64,000 nt of DNA from Squalus acanthias (Eukaryota). Location: positions 43,650,001 through 43,714,000 of the forward strand of contig CM059432.1 in NCBI GenBank assembly GCA_030390025.1. The letters run 5' to 3'. Below the pieces are notes generated by a model that was not told the origin of the DNA, made no database searches, and saw only the letters and a list, made by a program, of their open reading frames with translations. The position numbers and the translations under genes are program-made. Below, piece after piece: positions 11,576-24,696 of the stretch; the stretch's first letter is position 1; each line of letters begins with the position of its first letter.

Positions 11576-14394
11576 CTAATCCCATTTTCCAGCACTTGGT
11601 CCATAGCCTTGTATGCTATGGCATTTCAAGTGCTCATCTAAATGCTTCTTGAATGTTGTGAGGGTTCCTGCCTCTACCACCCTTTCAGGCAGTGAGTTCC
11701 AGATTCCAACCACCCCCTGGGTGAAAACGTTTTTCCTCAAATCCCCTCTAAACCTCCTGCCCCTTATCTTGAAACTATGCCCCCTGGTTATTGACCCCTC
11801 TACTAAGGGGAAAAGTTCCTTTCTATCTACCCTATCTATGCCCCTCATAATTTTGTACACCTCAATCAGGTCCCCCCTCAGCCTTCTCTGCTCTAAGGAA
11901 AACAACCCCAGCCTGTCTAGTCTCTCTTCATAGCTGAAGCGCTCCAGCCCAGGTAACATCCTGGTGAATCTCCTCTGCACCCTCTCCAATGCAATCACAT
12001 CCTTCCTATAGTGTGGCGACCAGAACTGCACACAGTATTCCAGCTGTGGCCTAACTAGCGTTTTGTACAGCTCCATCATAACCTCCCTGCTCTTATATTC
12101 TATGCCTCGACTAATGAAGGCAAGTATCCCATATGCCTTTTTAACCACCTTATCTACCTGCCCTGCTGCCTTCAGGGATCTATGTACATGCACATCAAGG
12201 TCCCTCTGATCCTCTGTCCTTCCTAGGGTCCTACCATTCATTGTGTATTCCCTTGCCTTGTTAGTCCTCCCAAAATCAAAATGCATCACCTCACACTTTT
12301 CAGGGTTAAATTCCATATGCCACTGTTCTGCCCATCTGACCAACCCGTCTGTATCATCCTGTAGCCTGAGGCTTCCCTCCTCGCTATTTACCACTCCACC
12401 AATTTTCGTGTCATCTGCGAACTTACTGATCATACCTCCTACATTCATATCTAAATCATTAATGTACACTACAAACAGCAAAGGACCCAGCACTGATCCC
12501 TGCAGTACACCACTGGACACAGGCTTCCAGTCACAAAAACAGCCTTCGACCATCACCCTCTGCCTCCTGCCACTAAGCCAATTTTGGATCCAATGTGCCA
12601 AATTGCCCTGGATCCCATGGGCTCTTACCTTCTTGACCAGTCTCCCATGCGGGACTTTGTCAAAAGCCTTACTGAAGTCCATGTAGACTACATCAACTGC
12701 ACTACCCTCATCCACACACCTAGTCACCCCCTCGAAAAATTCAATCAAATTGGTTAGACATCATCTCCCCCTGACAAAGCCATGCTGACTATCCTTGATT
12801 AATCCTTGCCTCTCCAAGTGGAGACTAATTCTGTCCCTCAGAATTTTTTCCAATAATTTCCCTACCACTGATGTTAGGCTCACTGGCCTGTAATTCCCTG
12901 GTTTATCCCTACTACCCTTCTTGAATAATGGTACTACGTTAGCTGTCCTCCAGTCCTCCGGCACCTCCACTGTGGCCAGAGAGGTTCTGAAAATTTGTGT
13001 CAGAGCCCCTGCAATCTCTTCCCTTGCTTAACACAGCAGCCTGGGATACATCTCGTCTGGGCCTGGGGATTTATCCACCTTTAAGCCCGTTAAAACCGCT
13101 GGTACCTCCTCCCTCTCAATACTAATTTGTTCAAGTATATCACAATCCCCCTGCCTGATTTCTATGCCTACATCGTCCTTCTCCATAGTGAACACAGATG
13201 CAAAATATTCATTTAAAACCTCACCCACATCTTCCGGCTCTACACACAGATTGCCACTTTGGTCCCTAATGGGCCCTACTCTTTCCCTGGTTATCCTCTT
13301 GCCCTTAATATACTTATAAAACACCTTGGGATTTTCCTTTATTTTGCCCGCCAGTGTTTTTTCATGCCCCCTCTTCGCTCTCCTAATCTCTTTTGTAAGT
13401 ACCGCCCTGCACTTTCTATACCCCTCTCGGGCTTCCACTGTTTTTAGTCCTTTGTATCTGCCAAAAGCACCCCTTTTTTTCCTAATCCATTCTTGTATAT
13501 CCCTTGACATCCAGGGTTCCCTGGGGTTGTTGGTCCCACTCTTACCTTTACGGGAACATGTTGCCGTTGTACTCTCTCTATTTCCTTTCTGAAAGACTCC
13601 CACTGCTCTGATGTGGATTTTCCTTCAAGTAGCTTATCCCAATCCACTTTGGCCAGATCCTGCCTTATCATATTAAAATCGGCCTTCCCCCAATTTAGAA
13701 CCTTTATTTCCAGTCCATCTTTGTCCTTTTCCATGACTACCTTAAATCTCACCAAATTATGGTCACTGTCACCAAAATGCTCTCCTACTGACACTTCTAC
13801 CACTTGCCCGGCTACATTTCCTAGAATTAGGTCCAGTACCGCCCCCTTTCTTGTAGGACTTTCCACATGCTGGCTCAAAAAGCTCTCCTGGATGCACTTT
13901 AAGAATTCCGCACCCTCTAAGCCTTTCACACTCTGACTATCCCAGTTAATATTGGGGAAGTTGAAATCCCCTACTATTATTACCCTATTATTTAGACACT
14001 TCTCTGAGATTTGCCTACATATCTGTTCCTCTATCTCCCCCTGACTGCTTGGGGGCTTATAGTACACTCTCAGCAAAGTGCTTGCCCCCTTTTTGTTTTT
14101 AAGTTCTACCCATATGGCCTCATTAGAGGAACCTGCTAAGATATCATCCCTCCTTACAGCAGTAATTGAGTCCTTGATTAATATTTCTACACCCCTTCCT
14201 CTTTTACACCCCCCTCTGTCTCGCCTGAAGATTCTATACCCCTGAATATTGAGCTGACAGTCCTGCCCCTCCCTCAACCATGTCTCTGTGATAGCAACAA
14301 TATCATACTCCCATGTGTTCATCAACACCTTCAATTCATCTGCCTTACTTGCAAGACTCCTTGCATTAAAATAAATGCCATCCAGCCTTGCCAT
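11576..14394 (-). pseudogene. CR1 ORF2 (endonuclease-reverse transcriptase), disrupted
   Basis: APE motifs FNARSL, AITETWL, GDFNFP and SDHN; RT motifs MDFSKAFDKV, QGSVLGP and KFADDTK. Split across four ORFs by frameshifts or stops near 13550, 13030 and 12755. Confidence 0.92.
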
Positions 14395-14579
14395 ACTCCC
14401 TTGTGCCGTTACATATTTGCTCTGCCTTCCAGGCTGACTTGATTTTTCCTCTATATTTGGCTGTGCATCACCCCCTACTATAACTCCACTCCGTATCCCA
14501 TCCCCCTGCCACGTTAGTTGAAACCCCCCCCCTCCCCCAACAGTACTAGCAAACCTCCCTGCAAGGATGTTGGTCCCGT

Positions 14580-16488
14580 TCCGGTTCAGGTGCAACCCGT
14601 CCGACTTGTACAGGTCCCACCTTCCCCAGAAGCAGACCCAGTGATCCAGGAAACTAAAGCCCTCCCTCCTGCACCAACTCTTTAGCTATGCATTCATCTG
14701 CTCTATCCTCCTATTCCTATACTCACTTGCACGTGGCACCAGGAGTAATCCAGAGATTACAACCTTTGAGGTCCTGCTTTTTAATCTGCTACCTAGCTCC
14801 CTAAATTCTTGTTGCAGGACCTCATCCCTCTTTCTACCTATGTTGTTGGTACCAATGTGAACCATGACCTCTGACTGTTCGCCCTCCCCCTTCAGAATGC
14901 CCTGCAGCCGTTCAGTGACAACTTTGACCCTGGCACCAGCGAGGCAACATACCATCCTGGAGTCACGTCTTTGGCCACAGAAACGTCTATCTGTTCCCCT
15001 TATGATAGAATCCCCTATCACTATTGCTCTTTTTCCTCCCCTCCTGTGCAGCTGAGCCTCTCATAGTGCCACAGACTTGGCTCTTGCTGCATTCCCCTGA
15101 GAAACAGGCAGTGACTAGTGGGGTACCGCAGGGATCGGTCCTTGGACCCCAGCTATTCACAATATATATTAATGATCTAGACAAGGGAACTAGATGTAAT
15201 ATCTCCAAGTTTGCAGACGACACAAAACTGGGTGGGCGTGTGTGCTGCGAGGAGGATGCCGAGAAACTCCAGGATGATTTGGACAGGTTGGGTGATTGGG
15301 CAGAAGCGTGGCAGATGCAATATAACGTGGATAAATGCGAGGTTATCCACTTTGGTGTCAAAAACAGAAAGGCAGATTATTATCTGAATGGCAATAGATT
15401 GGGAGAAGGGGAAGTGCAACGAGACCTGGGTGTCCTTGTGCACCAGTCGCTGAAGGTAAGCATGCAGGTGCAGCAGGCGGTTAAGAAGGCAAATGGTATG
15501 TTGGCCTTCATAGCGAGAGGGTTTGAGTACAGGAACAAGGATGTCTTGCTGCAGTTGTACAGGGCCTTGGTGAGACCACACCTTGAGTACTGTGTGCAGT
15601 TTTGGTCACCTTATCTGAGGAAGGATGTTCTTGCCATGGAAGGAGTTCAGCGAAGATTCACAAGGCTGATACCTGGGATGGCAGGAATGACTTATGAAGA
15701 GAGATTGGGTCGATTGGGCTTATACTCGCTGGAATTTAGAAGAATGAGAGGGGATCTCATTGAAACTTATAAAATTCTGACAGGACAGGACAAACTAGAT
15801 GCAGGAAGGATGTTCCCGATGGTCGGGGAGTCCAGAACCAGGGGTCACAGTCTAAGGATAAGGGGTAAGCCATTTAGGACAGAAATGAGGAGGAATTTCT
15901 TCACCCAGAGAGTGGTGAACCTGTGGAATTCTCTGCCACAGAAGGCAGTAGAGGCCAATTCATTAAATAGATTCAAGAAGGAGTTGGATATATTTCTTAA
16001 GGCTAAAGGGATATGGGGAGAAAGCAGGGACAGGGTACTGAATTTGGATGATCAGCCATGATCGCATTGAATGGCGGAGCAGGCTAGAGGGGCCGAATGG
16101 CCTACTCCTGCTCCTATATTCTATGATTCTATGAAACCATCTCCCCCAGCAGTATCCAAACGGAAAATCTGTTGGAGAGGGAGATGGACCCAGGGGACTC
16201 CTGCACTACATTCCTAGTTCTTTTACTCTGTCTGGCGGTCACCCATTCCCTGTCTGCCTGTGCACTCTTTACCTGCGGTGTGACCACCTCATTAAACGTG
16301 CTATCCACGAAGGTCTCAGCTTCGCGGATGCTCCACAGTGACTCCAGCTCCAGCTCCAAAACGCGGATTTCGAGTAGCTGCAGCTGGAGACACTTTCTGC
16401 ACATGTGTTCGCCCTGGACACCGAAAGTGTCCCTGACTTCCCACATAGCACAGGAGGAGCACATCACGCTGCCGAGCTGCCCTGCCAT
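14580..16488 (-). pseudogene. CR1 ORF1 (zinc-finger/leucine-zipper plus SGNH esterase), split by an insertion
   Basis: 16129..16488 CSSCAMW...CRKCLQLQLLE; 14686..15021 IGDSIIRG...HIGTNNIG; HLN motif near 14590. Confidence 0.85.
15106..16132 (+). mobile_element. Young 5'-truncated CR1 inserted antisense into the older CR1 ORF1
   Basis: Uninterrupted RT C-terminal ORF to 16061 (GVPQGSVLGP, KFADDTK); ATTCTATG tail; TSD GAAAC at 15101-15105 and 16133-16137. Confidence 0.95.
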
Positions 16489-18357
16489 GTCCTACCCTTA
16501 ATTTACTCCCTTTACTTCCTTCAAATTAAAGAATATTCAATACACTAGGGACCTTACTTCCCTTTAAACACTACTTACTCTAAACTAGAGACCTTACTTT
16601 TACTTCAACGACTGGACTGTAGAAATACTCACCAGGTCCTACTTACCAATCAGCTCCTTCCCTGGTTGTGACATCACTTTAGCGGTTTCACATTTGTTGT
16701 CGTTTGACTGCTCCCGCTCTCGGACTCTTTCCCAACTCGCAGCACTCTTTGTTTCTGGTTTCAAGTTTTGAGCAGTATATATTTAATAGTTGGCTGATAC
16801 TCTAAAACATTCAGCTTCCGAACCAACCATCCCTGCTTATTCAGTCACCAAATCAGTCCAGTCACTTGTATTAATAGCCTAGAAATTACTGCTGGCAGTA
16901 TCCGTGGATGAACACTTAACATATTTGTATGACATTACTCTGTCTGCTGTTTTTGCTGAGACAACAACCTGTTCATTTTAAACGGGTTAATACCTTGGCT
17001 AAAATAATGGCTGAGAATTGTCATATGAACATGTTAAGAATATACCTGCTGAGTTCATTGACAGTCATTTGTCGAGTAATGCCACAGATCTGTTTCTAAA
17101 ATGGTTGAATACACTGTGGTGTACTGGAGAACACAAAGTTACACCCGCACATGGAAGATGTCCGTTATCATTAGAGTACACCCAAAAGAAAATGTGACAG
17201 TCAAATTTCATAGCACTTAATACTTCATTACACTGATAAATGGAAGTTAGTGCAGAACCGACATCTGCCTTAACCTGTCCTCCAACAGATAATATAAATG
17301 TGATAGATCCTGCACTCCAAATTGGTCTTGGAATAAAACAAGAACCCCCCCCTCCAGTTTAAGCTCCATTCTGCAACTAAGTCTGAACCAGTACAGTGTA
17401 ATCTTGTGGTGGTTTCGACATCTAATCAATACTGCTACCAGCCTTCACCTTTTTCATACATTTGTGGTGTGGTTCTGACCAAATTAGAATAATTAGTGTC
17501 ATTTTGAAACCCAGCAACATGGGGCAACTCCACTGAATCCAACTTCGCAGATGCTACTGCTGAGTCGAGGTGACGGTACTGTAGAAACAAGCTATTAGTT
17601 GCAGTGCACAAATGACATTGTGGCTCTCAAAGGGTTAAATGTTTTTTCTCTAGAATGGAAGGTGATTGATGTTCGAAAGCTTCTATATCTAATCAGCACT
17701 CCAGCCCAGCTGTATGTTCACGTCGCTGAAAGTGGCTGATTGGCAGGGCAGGGATTAAAGTTCAATACAGCACTGATTAGATCACAAAATGTAATAGCAG
17801 CGAGATTAGATTGTCTTTTCAGTCATTAAACATTGCTGAGCTCTAGAGAGTTTTCACAAAATTGAAGTTGGTTCCGTGAAACATTTTAAAAAGTTATTAA
17901 AGTGATGTAGTACTAATTTGTCAGCAGGAAGGTCATTGACCCCTTTATAATTTTAAATCTGTTGAAAAGAAAGAGATTGGATTATCAATGTGGAGCTTAA
18001 TAATAAGAATGATTATATAAATGATATCAATTATTGGCTGCTTCTAAATAATTTTCTACAATGATGGATGGAATATGATTCCTGTTGTTTTACCATAAAC
18101 TCCATTAGAAAATGCTATCTCGCTACTGGATGCTGCAAAAACTGAATATCATTGAAATCAATGTGTCAAAGTGGCAAAAATATTTTAAGAAGTTTTTCCT
18201 TTTTATTTTTCTAATGAGCATCATGCAAATATCCAATCCCCAGCCAATAGTGTAGCATGAGCCCATAAAATCTCTGGAAGTCTATGCATTTTGAAACGGC
18301 TCTGAGAGCCACTGAGAAGATTTTGCAGATTTGAGATCTAGTATCGTCTGAGACCAT

Positions 18358-19757
18358 AGTCCTGATTTTAACCTTGGGAATGGTGCAAGCGTGGGGTGGT
18401 GGTGTGGGTGGGTGGGGGACGGGGTGGCTGGGGCGGTTGGGGGGGTGGGTTCAAAATAGCAGATGGCCGAACCCACAACGTTCATACAGTGTTCCTGCAC
18501 CCAGTCATTTTAACTCCCGAATTTTTGTGAGCATGGAGGCAACCTGCAACAGGCAGTCAGAGGGCTCATAAATATCGAAATGTCGGGGTTTGATTACATA
18601 ATTCAGATCCGCCGTACTTTTAACTGTGAGATGCACAAATCGCGCACAGTCTCCGGCAACGGGCCAGATGGTGCCCAGGTAAGTAGTAAAGGTTCCTTAT
18701 GGCCCAGAAAGGGTAGGAGTGCTCTTGGCCCAACAAGGAAACCTTGGGTGTCCTCTGCCCCAGACATACCACCACCACCCCCTCCTGGCCATGATCAACA
18801 ACAACAACAACAACTTGTATTTATATAGCGCCTTTAACGTAGTAAAACGTCCCAAGGCACTGCACAGGAGTATTTTAAAACAAAAAATTTGACCCGATCC
18901 ACATAAGGAGAAATTAGAGCAGGTGACCAAAAGCGTGGTCAAAGAGGTAGGTTTTAAGGAGCGTCTTAAAGGAGGAAAGAGGTGGACAGGTTTAAGCTGG
19001 GAATTCCAGAGCTTAGGGCCTAGGCAACAGAAGACACGACCACCAAAGGTTGAGCAATTATAATCGGGGATGCTCAAGAGGGCAGAATTAGAGAGCGCAG
19101 ATATCTCGGGGGGTTGTAGGGCTGAAGGAGATTACAGAGATAGGGAGGGGCGAGGCCATGGAGGGATTTGAAAACAAGGATGAGAATTTTGAAATCGAGG
19201 CATTGCTTAACCTGCAGCCAATGTAGGTCAGCGAGCACAGGGGTGATGGGCGAACGGGACTTGGTGCGAGTTAGGACACGGGCAGCAGAGTTTTGGATGA
19301 CCTCGAGTTTACGTAGGGTAGAATGTGGGAGACCAGGCAGGAGTGCGTTGGAATAGTCAAGTCTAGAGGTAACAAAGGCATGGATGAGGGTTTCAGCAGC
19401 GGATGAGCTGAGGCAAGGGCGGAGACGGGCGATGTTACGGCGGTGGAAATAGGCGGTCTTAGTTACGCTGCGGATTGTGGTCGGAAGCTCATTTCAGGGT
19501 CAAATATGACACCAAGATGCCCCCACCCCATTGCCTGACTTACCTTGCTGGAGACCATTCCCATGCGTCCCCGGCAGTGTCTGTCTCCCGGCACGATTCC
19601 CGCTCCAGCCCACCGCCCATGACATCACTCCAGCCAGTTTTGGGCAGGAGACAGATCTGAATTATTCAAATGAGGCCCAGGAGTTAAAATGGCTCGAGTG
19701 TCATGCCGAGGAGTCTGCTGGGGATTCCCACCTGCCGTGAACACGCCCCAAATTAAC
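18358..19757. mobile_element. Degenerate non-autonomous Harbinger-like element hosting an L2 insertion
   Basis: Left end CCTGATTTTAACC resembles other termini in the window; GC-rich arms flank the L2; right boundary uncertain. Confidence 0.4.
18796..19516 (-). mobile_element. 5'-truncated L2 LINE
   Basis: (CAA)6 tail at 18796-18813; high similarity to 4381-5095 and 21842-22545. Confidence 0.9.
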
Positions 19758-19829
19758 ATTCTTACTCTTAATATTAAAAAAAAGTCATAAAATTTGGAAA
19801 ATGAGAAATGCAGATAAAAAAAATATTGG

Positions 19830-19970
19830 GAATGCTGGAATTCTGAAATAAAAACAAAGTGCTGCAAGTACACAGCTGGTAACTTGTATCTGAATAAGAG
19901 AAATGACAGGTTAACCTTTCCTTATACTGATAGACCTGCTGTGTATTTACATCATTTTCTATTTTTATAG
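19830..19970. repeat. Decayed palindromic Penelope-pLTR-derived repeat
   Basis: AAAACAAAGTGCTGCAAGTACACAGC...GCTGTGTATTTACATCATTTTCTATTTT form an imperfect inverted repeat similar to the 11082 motif. Confidence 0.4.
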
Positions 19971-21841
19971 TTGAATGAAAATTACATTTGATAATGGCAT
20001 TTTAAAACATTTTTTTGAAATGTTTCCATCAAATTTCCTCCCCATTGCCTTCTTCTGAAGGTGATGACGAGAACAGAAGTACAATTCCACTGAAGTGTTT
20101 ATTTCTCATGTGGCAGTCTATATAATGAGCATCGGCAAGATATTTGACCATGAGGGCCATCACAGCTGAGGCTGACCCTCCCTTCACCTGACATCCAAAC
20201 ATATGCACTATAGCACAAGGGCCTCTGGATAGATAGTAGGAATAAAATGCCAGCTGAAGACTTTTTTTAATTTTTGAAAACAATTCTATATCATCTTTCC
20301 CTGCAGTCATTCCAACTGTCTCCTGTGCCTTGCCATGATCATCTCCAAGGCTCGGATTCAGAAAAAATGGACTTGTAGGGTGGGACTCAGAGCCTGACTC
20401 TCTCGGGGCACAGCCTGACACCTTCTCATTATCAAGTTCAGACGAAGTTCTGGAGGCAGTTAAGTAAAACAAAAAATGTATTATTAAACCACAGAAGCAC
20501 CTCAGCAGCCAGAACAGCAGGCCACATGTTATAGCACTCAGCCTTTGACAGCTAATGTAACTGAAGTGTTCAAATTATACTAAATCTGCAGTTCAATAAC
20601 CTGGGCTGGCTGCTTTGAATCTGGAACCTGATCCAGTCCCCACGTCGACTGTGGAGACTGAGTTTTAAACTTGCAGCCTCCAAGAGGGAATTGAGCCCTC
20701 TCCTGCTGGAGGTACCAAACATATGTTCGATCATACTTTTGGATTATTATGCTCATTTCTAATTAACAATAAAATTATATATCATTGTTTTTTTTTGCGG
20801 AATGAGAAACCTTTGGAACACGACAGTGGCTGCTTGCTCCAGCCTCTTTAATTTTTTGTACCACACAAGCTACACCTTGTATTGTACATTGCTATTTATG
20901 CTACCAAATAAATGACGGCAGTTGCAGTATAAATCAGCATTGTCCTAAAGTCATTTTTTTTCCAGAAGTGATAGTGAATGGGAACAAGGTGAATAAGTAG
21001 ACATGATGAAGAGAGGCCTGGCAGAACACACCTGAGTTCCATCCTGTTCTCTGTTATGATTAATAATGGGACCAAGCTGCACTGATGTGATAAGGTCTCA
21101 GCTTCACTGGAATTTATAGCTACTGACACAGTCTCCCCTGGCCTTCATCAGCTGTCCCACACCTGGAGGTGGGGTAAATCACCAACTCGCCCATTTATCT
21201 CCTAAGGTCCATGCTTATAGCGGCCAGATGCCAGGTGGTGGTAGGAAGGGATAAAGAAGAGAGCGGGGGGAAAAAAAAGCTCGAAGCTAAAGTGCAAAGA
21301 GGTGAAAATGTCCACCTGCAGAGAGCTAATGCAGGGTAGTAACCTATTGTCAGCAGTCAAAACCCTGAACATTCGATGGTCATTCATACTTAATAACAAG
21401 TGAGTCTAAAAGAATACACATGGTAGTATTAGCTAACCATTTGCTGGATTTTTTTCTTATTAATATTGCGGTATATAACGCAAAAACCAAAGCAGATCAC
21501 AGGACTGTTCATCTAATGTGGCTTTCTTAGACTAATTGATGCAATTATCAATACAATCATTGCAAATTGGGAGAGCATAAAATACACTGATTGTATGCAT
21601 GTTTTAATTGGGCACACCAGTATCCTTGAAGTAAATAAGTAGGTAAACCTGTTGCGATTTTGTACCTCGTCCTCATAAATTTATTAAGTTCCTGCAGTAA
21701 CAAAGTCAAAGCTGGAACTCTACTCACATTGTCAAGAAAATCTAAATAAAAAAACCATATGTTGCAAATCAGAAATAAAAACAAAAAATGCTCGAAATGC
21801 AAAGCATGTCAGTCAGCATCTTAAAAGGAGAAAAGACAGGT

Positions 21842-22635
21842 AATAACAACAACATGTATTTATATAGCACCTTTAACATAGTAAAATGTCCCAAGGCGTT
21901 TCACAGGAGTGTTATAAAACAAAATTTGCCACCGAGCACATAAGGAGATATTAGGGCAGGTGACCAAAACCTTGGTCAAAGAGGTAGGTTTTAAGGAGCG
22001 TCTTAAAGGAGGAAACAGAGGTAGAGAGGCAGAGAGGTTTAGGGAGGGAATTCCAGAGCTTAGGGCCTTGGTAGCTGAAGGCACAGCTGCTAATGGTTGA
22101 GCGATTAAAATCAGGGATGCTCAAGAGGCCAGAATTAGAGGAGCGCAGATATCTCGGAGGGATGTAGGGCTGGAAGAGATTACAGAGATAGGGAGGGTAG
22201 AGGCCATGGAGGGATTTGAAAACAAGGATGAGAATTTTAAAATCGAGGTGTTGCTTAACCGGGAGCCAATGTAGGTCAGCGAGCATAGGGGTGATGGGCG
22301 AATGGGACTTGGTGCGAGTTAGGACATGGGCAGCAGAGTTTTGGATGACCTCAAGTTTACGTAGGGTAGAATGTGGGAGGCCGGCCAGGAGTGCGTTGGA
22401 ATAGTCAAGTCTAGAGGTAACAAAGGCATGGATGAGGGTTTCAGCAACAGATGAGCTGAAGCAGGGACGGAGTCAGGAGGTGGAAATAGGCTGTCTTAGC
22501 GAAGGCGCAGATATGTGTTCGGGAGCTCAGCTTGTGGTCAAATACGATGCCATGGTTGCGAACAGTCTGGTTCAGCCTCAGACATTTGCCAGGGAGAGGG
22601 ATGGAGTCGGTGGCAAGGAAAAAGAATTTGTGGCG
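21842..22635 (-). mobile_element. 5'-truncated L2 LINE
   Basis: ORF 21951..22286 (LADLHWLPVKQHLDFKIL...SFKTLLKTYLF); (TTG)n tail. Confidence 0.9.
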
Positions 22636-23223
22636 AATACGCTGTAAGACCAACAACCCAAATATTTACCTATCTTTTCTTTGAGATGCTGACTGACCAT
22701 TGCATTTTCCCCATTTTCTGCTTTTATGTCAATAAAAAATCATTGGGCTAGAAATTCGTTACCTTAGAGCCTCCCGTTAGCGCCTCCGGGGGGCACTAAC
22801 GACTTAGCACTCGGGCGCGGCGATGTTAGCGCTGCTGGTGAAATTCACCTGGCGGTTTGCGGCGGCGCTAACCATTATCACCATGCCAGCCTGCGGCCGG
22901 AGATGGTGATGTCATCCAGCTGCGCATCGCCTCGGAAGCGCCCCGGACCGGAAATCCATTCTCGTCCCCTGCCTCAGCGCCTGCCGTTAGGAAGGACAGG
23001 TAGAGGAGGCGGTTTTCAGCCGGCTGAGAGCTGGAGGAGCGCAATTTAAAGGAGTGAACTTCCGTTTTTTAGTCAGCAAACAATGCTGCCTTGTCAGTTT
23101 AACAGGAGCAGACAGGCATTTTGACCCATTTGAGTTTTTTCTACTTGAAAGAGTTTTGCTCCTGAGAAAAATGTATTACTTTCATTTGTGTTACATTAGA
23201 TACTGCAAAATTTCCAACACTTA

Positions 23224-24394
23224 ATGGGGGCTGTACTGGCACTGGACCTCGCCCTCTAGTATCACTGTCGGAGACAGCGGAGGCAGAGAGAAAGATTGGA
23301 AAACGTGGCCAGAGGGAGGAGGGCCAACAGGGCTCTCAACTGGAGGCCTTACCCTCCCAGGGTATTCCGGGAGCAGTTCTCCTACATTCATCTCTCAGAG
23401 GAGCAGTGCCTTAAAAGGCTCCGCTTCAGCAAGGAGGTGGCCACAGAGCTTTGTCACCTCCTGCAGCCAAACCTCCAGCCTCAGCTCAGGACCAGGACGT
23501 CTCTCTCAATGGCAGTGAAGGTCACAGTCGCTCTCAATTTCTACCCCAGCGGCTCCTTCCAGGCTTCAATAGGGGATATTGCAAACATTTCGCAGTTCGC
23601 CATTTGCATCTGGGAGGTGACAGACGCTCTGTACAGAAGGAGAAGGGAGTACATCTTATTCCCCGTGACCAGGGAGAAACAGGATGAATGCTCATGTGGC
23701 TTCCAAGGATAGCGGGCTTCCCCATGGTTCAGGGTGCCATTGACTGCACCCATGTGGCATTGCGGGCACCTCATCACAATGCAAAGATCCTTCATAACCG
23801 CAAAGCCTACCACTCTCTGAACGTTCAGTTGGTGTGCAACCACAGACAGCTCATCATTGCCGTCAATGCCCGCTATCCTGGCAACACGATGCATTCATCC
23901 TGCAGCAGACCGGAGTCCCAGCACCATTCCACCCACCGCATGAAGCTCGCGGCTGGCTGCTCGGAGACAGGGGTTATCCACTCTCCACCTGGCTGATGAC
24001 ACCCCTCCGCAACCCCAACACTTCTGCTCAGCACGCATACAATGATAGCCATAGTGCCACCAGGAACCTGATCGAACAGACTATCAGGGTGCTAAATCAA
24101 TGGTTCCGCTGCCTTGACCGCTCTGGAGGAGCCCTGCAGTACTCCCCTAATCGAGTCTCCCTTTTCATTGTTGTGTGCTGCATGCTGCACAACCTGGCCA
24201 TTCTGAGGGCCCAGCCATTTCCACCAGGGATTGCAGGTCCACCTCAGGAGGAGGAGGAGGAGGGACAGGTGGAGGAGGAGGCAGAGGAGGAGAATGAAGA
24301 GGAGGAGGAGCAGCACCAACGTAGGAGGGAGGCACTCAATCTTGCTTCTGCAAGGGCCGTTCGTGATCGCCTCATTACACAGCGCTTCCAATAA
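23224..24394 (+). pseudogene. Harbinger DDE transposase (HARBI1-like, DDE_Tnp_4)
   Basis: Catalytic motifs GAIDCTH, LLGDRGY and RNLIEQTI, plus CCMLHN and an acidic tail; early TAG and frameshifts near 23700 and 23890. Confidence 0.92.
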
Positions 24395-24506
24395 ATGAGA
24401 TAGCACATGGCCTTTGTGCAGAACAAGCACATCATTACAGCCAGCTCGCAGCCCCTGTCACCGGGCAAAGGTCAAATGAGAAACATTACAAAATGTGCAA
24501 CGTCGA

Positions 24507-24520
24507 AATAAAAATTTATT
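24507..24520. terminator. Bidirectional polyadenylation signal
   Basis: AATAAA-AA-TTTATT between the convergent 3' ends of the two element genes. Confidence 0.5.
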
Positions 24521-24696
24521 ATTGTGCACAACTCTCTCTTATCAAACTCAGCCAATAATAAACAAACACAACAATTTATCAACAAACACAACTGGTCCTT
24601 AGCAAACTGAACTATTTGTTACTAAACTCAACAATATATTTACAAACACATCAAATTATTTACACACACTCCCCCCATTTGCTAATAACGTATTAT

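Larger units (their letters stand above)
11497..16750 (-). mobile_element. Full-length CR1 LINE (5' UTR, ORF1, ORF2)
   Basis: ORF1 has a Cys-rich N-terminus plus an SGNH/GDS esterase; ORF2 has APE + RT; CR1 3' tail at ~11500; interrupted at 15106-16132. The 5' end is approximate. Confidence 0.93.

Noticed and set aside
11613..13936. Plus-strand ORFs of 60-147 aa
   Set aside because: Antisense shadows of CR1 ORF2.
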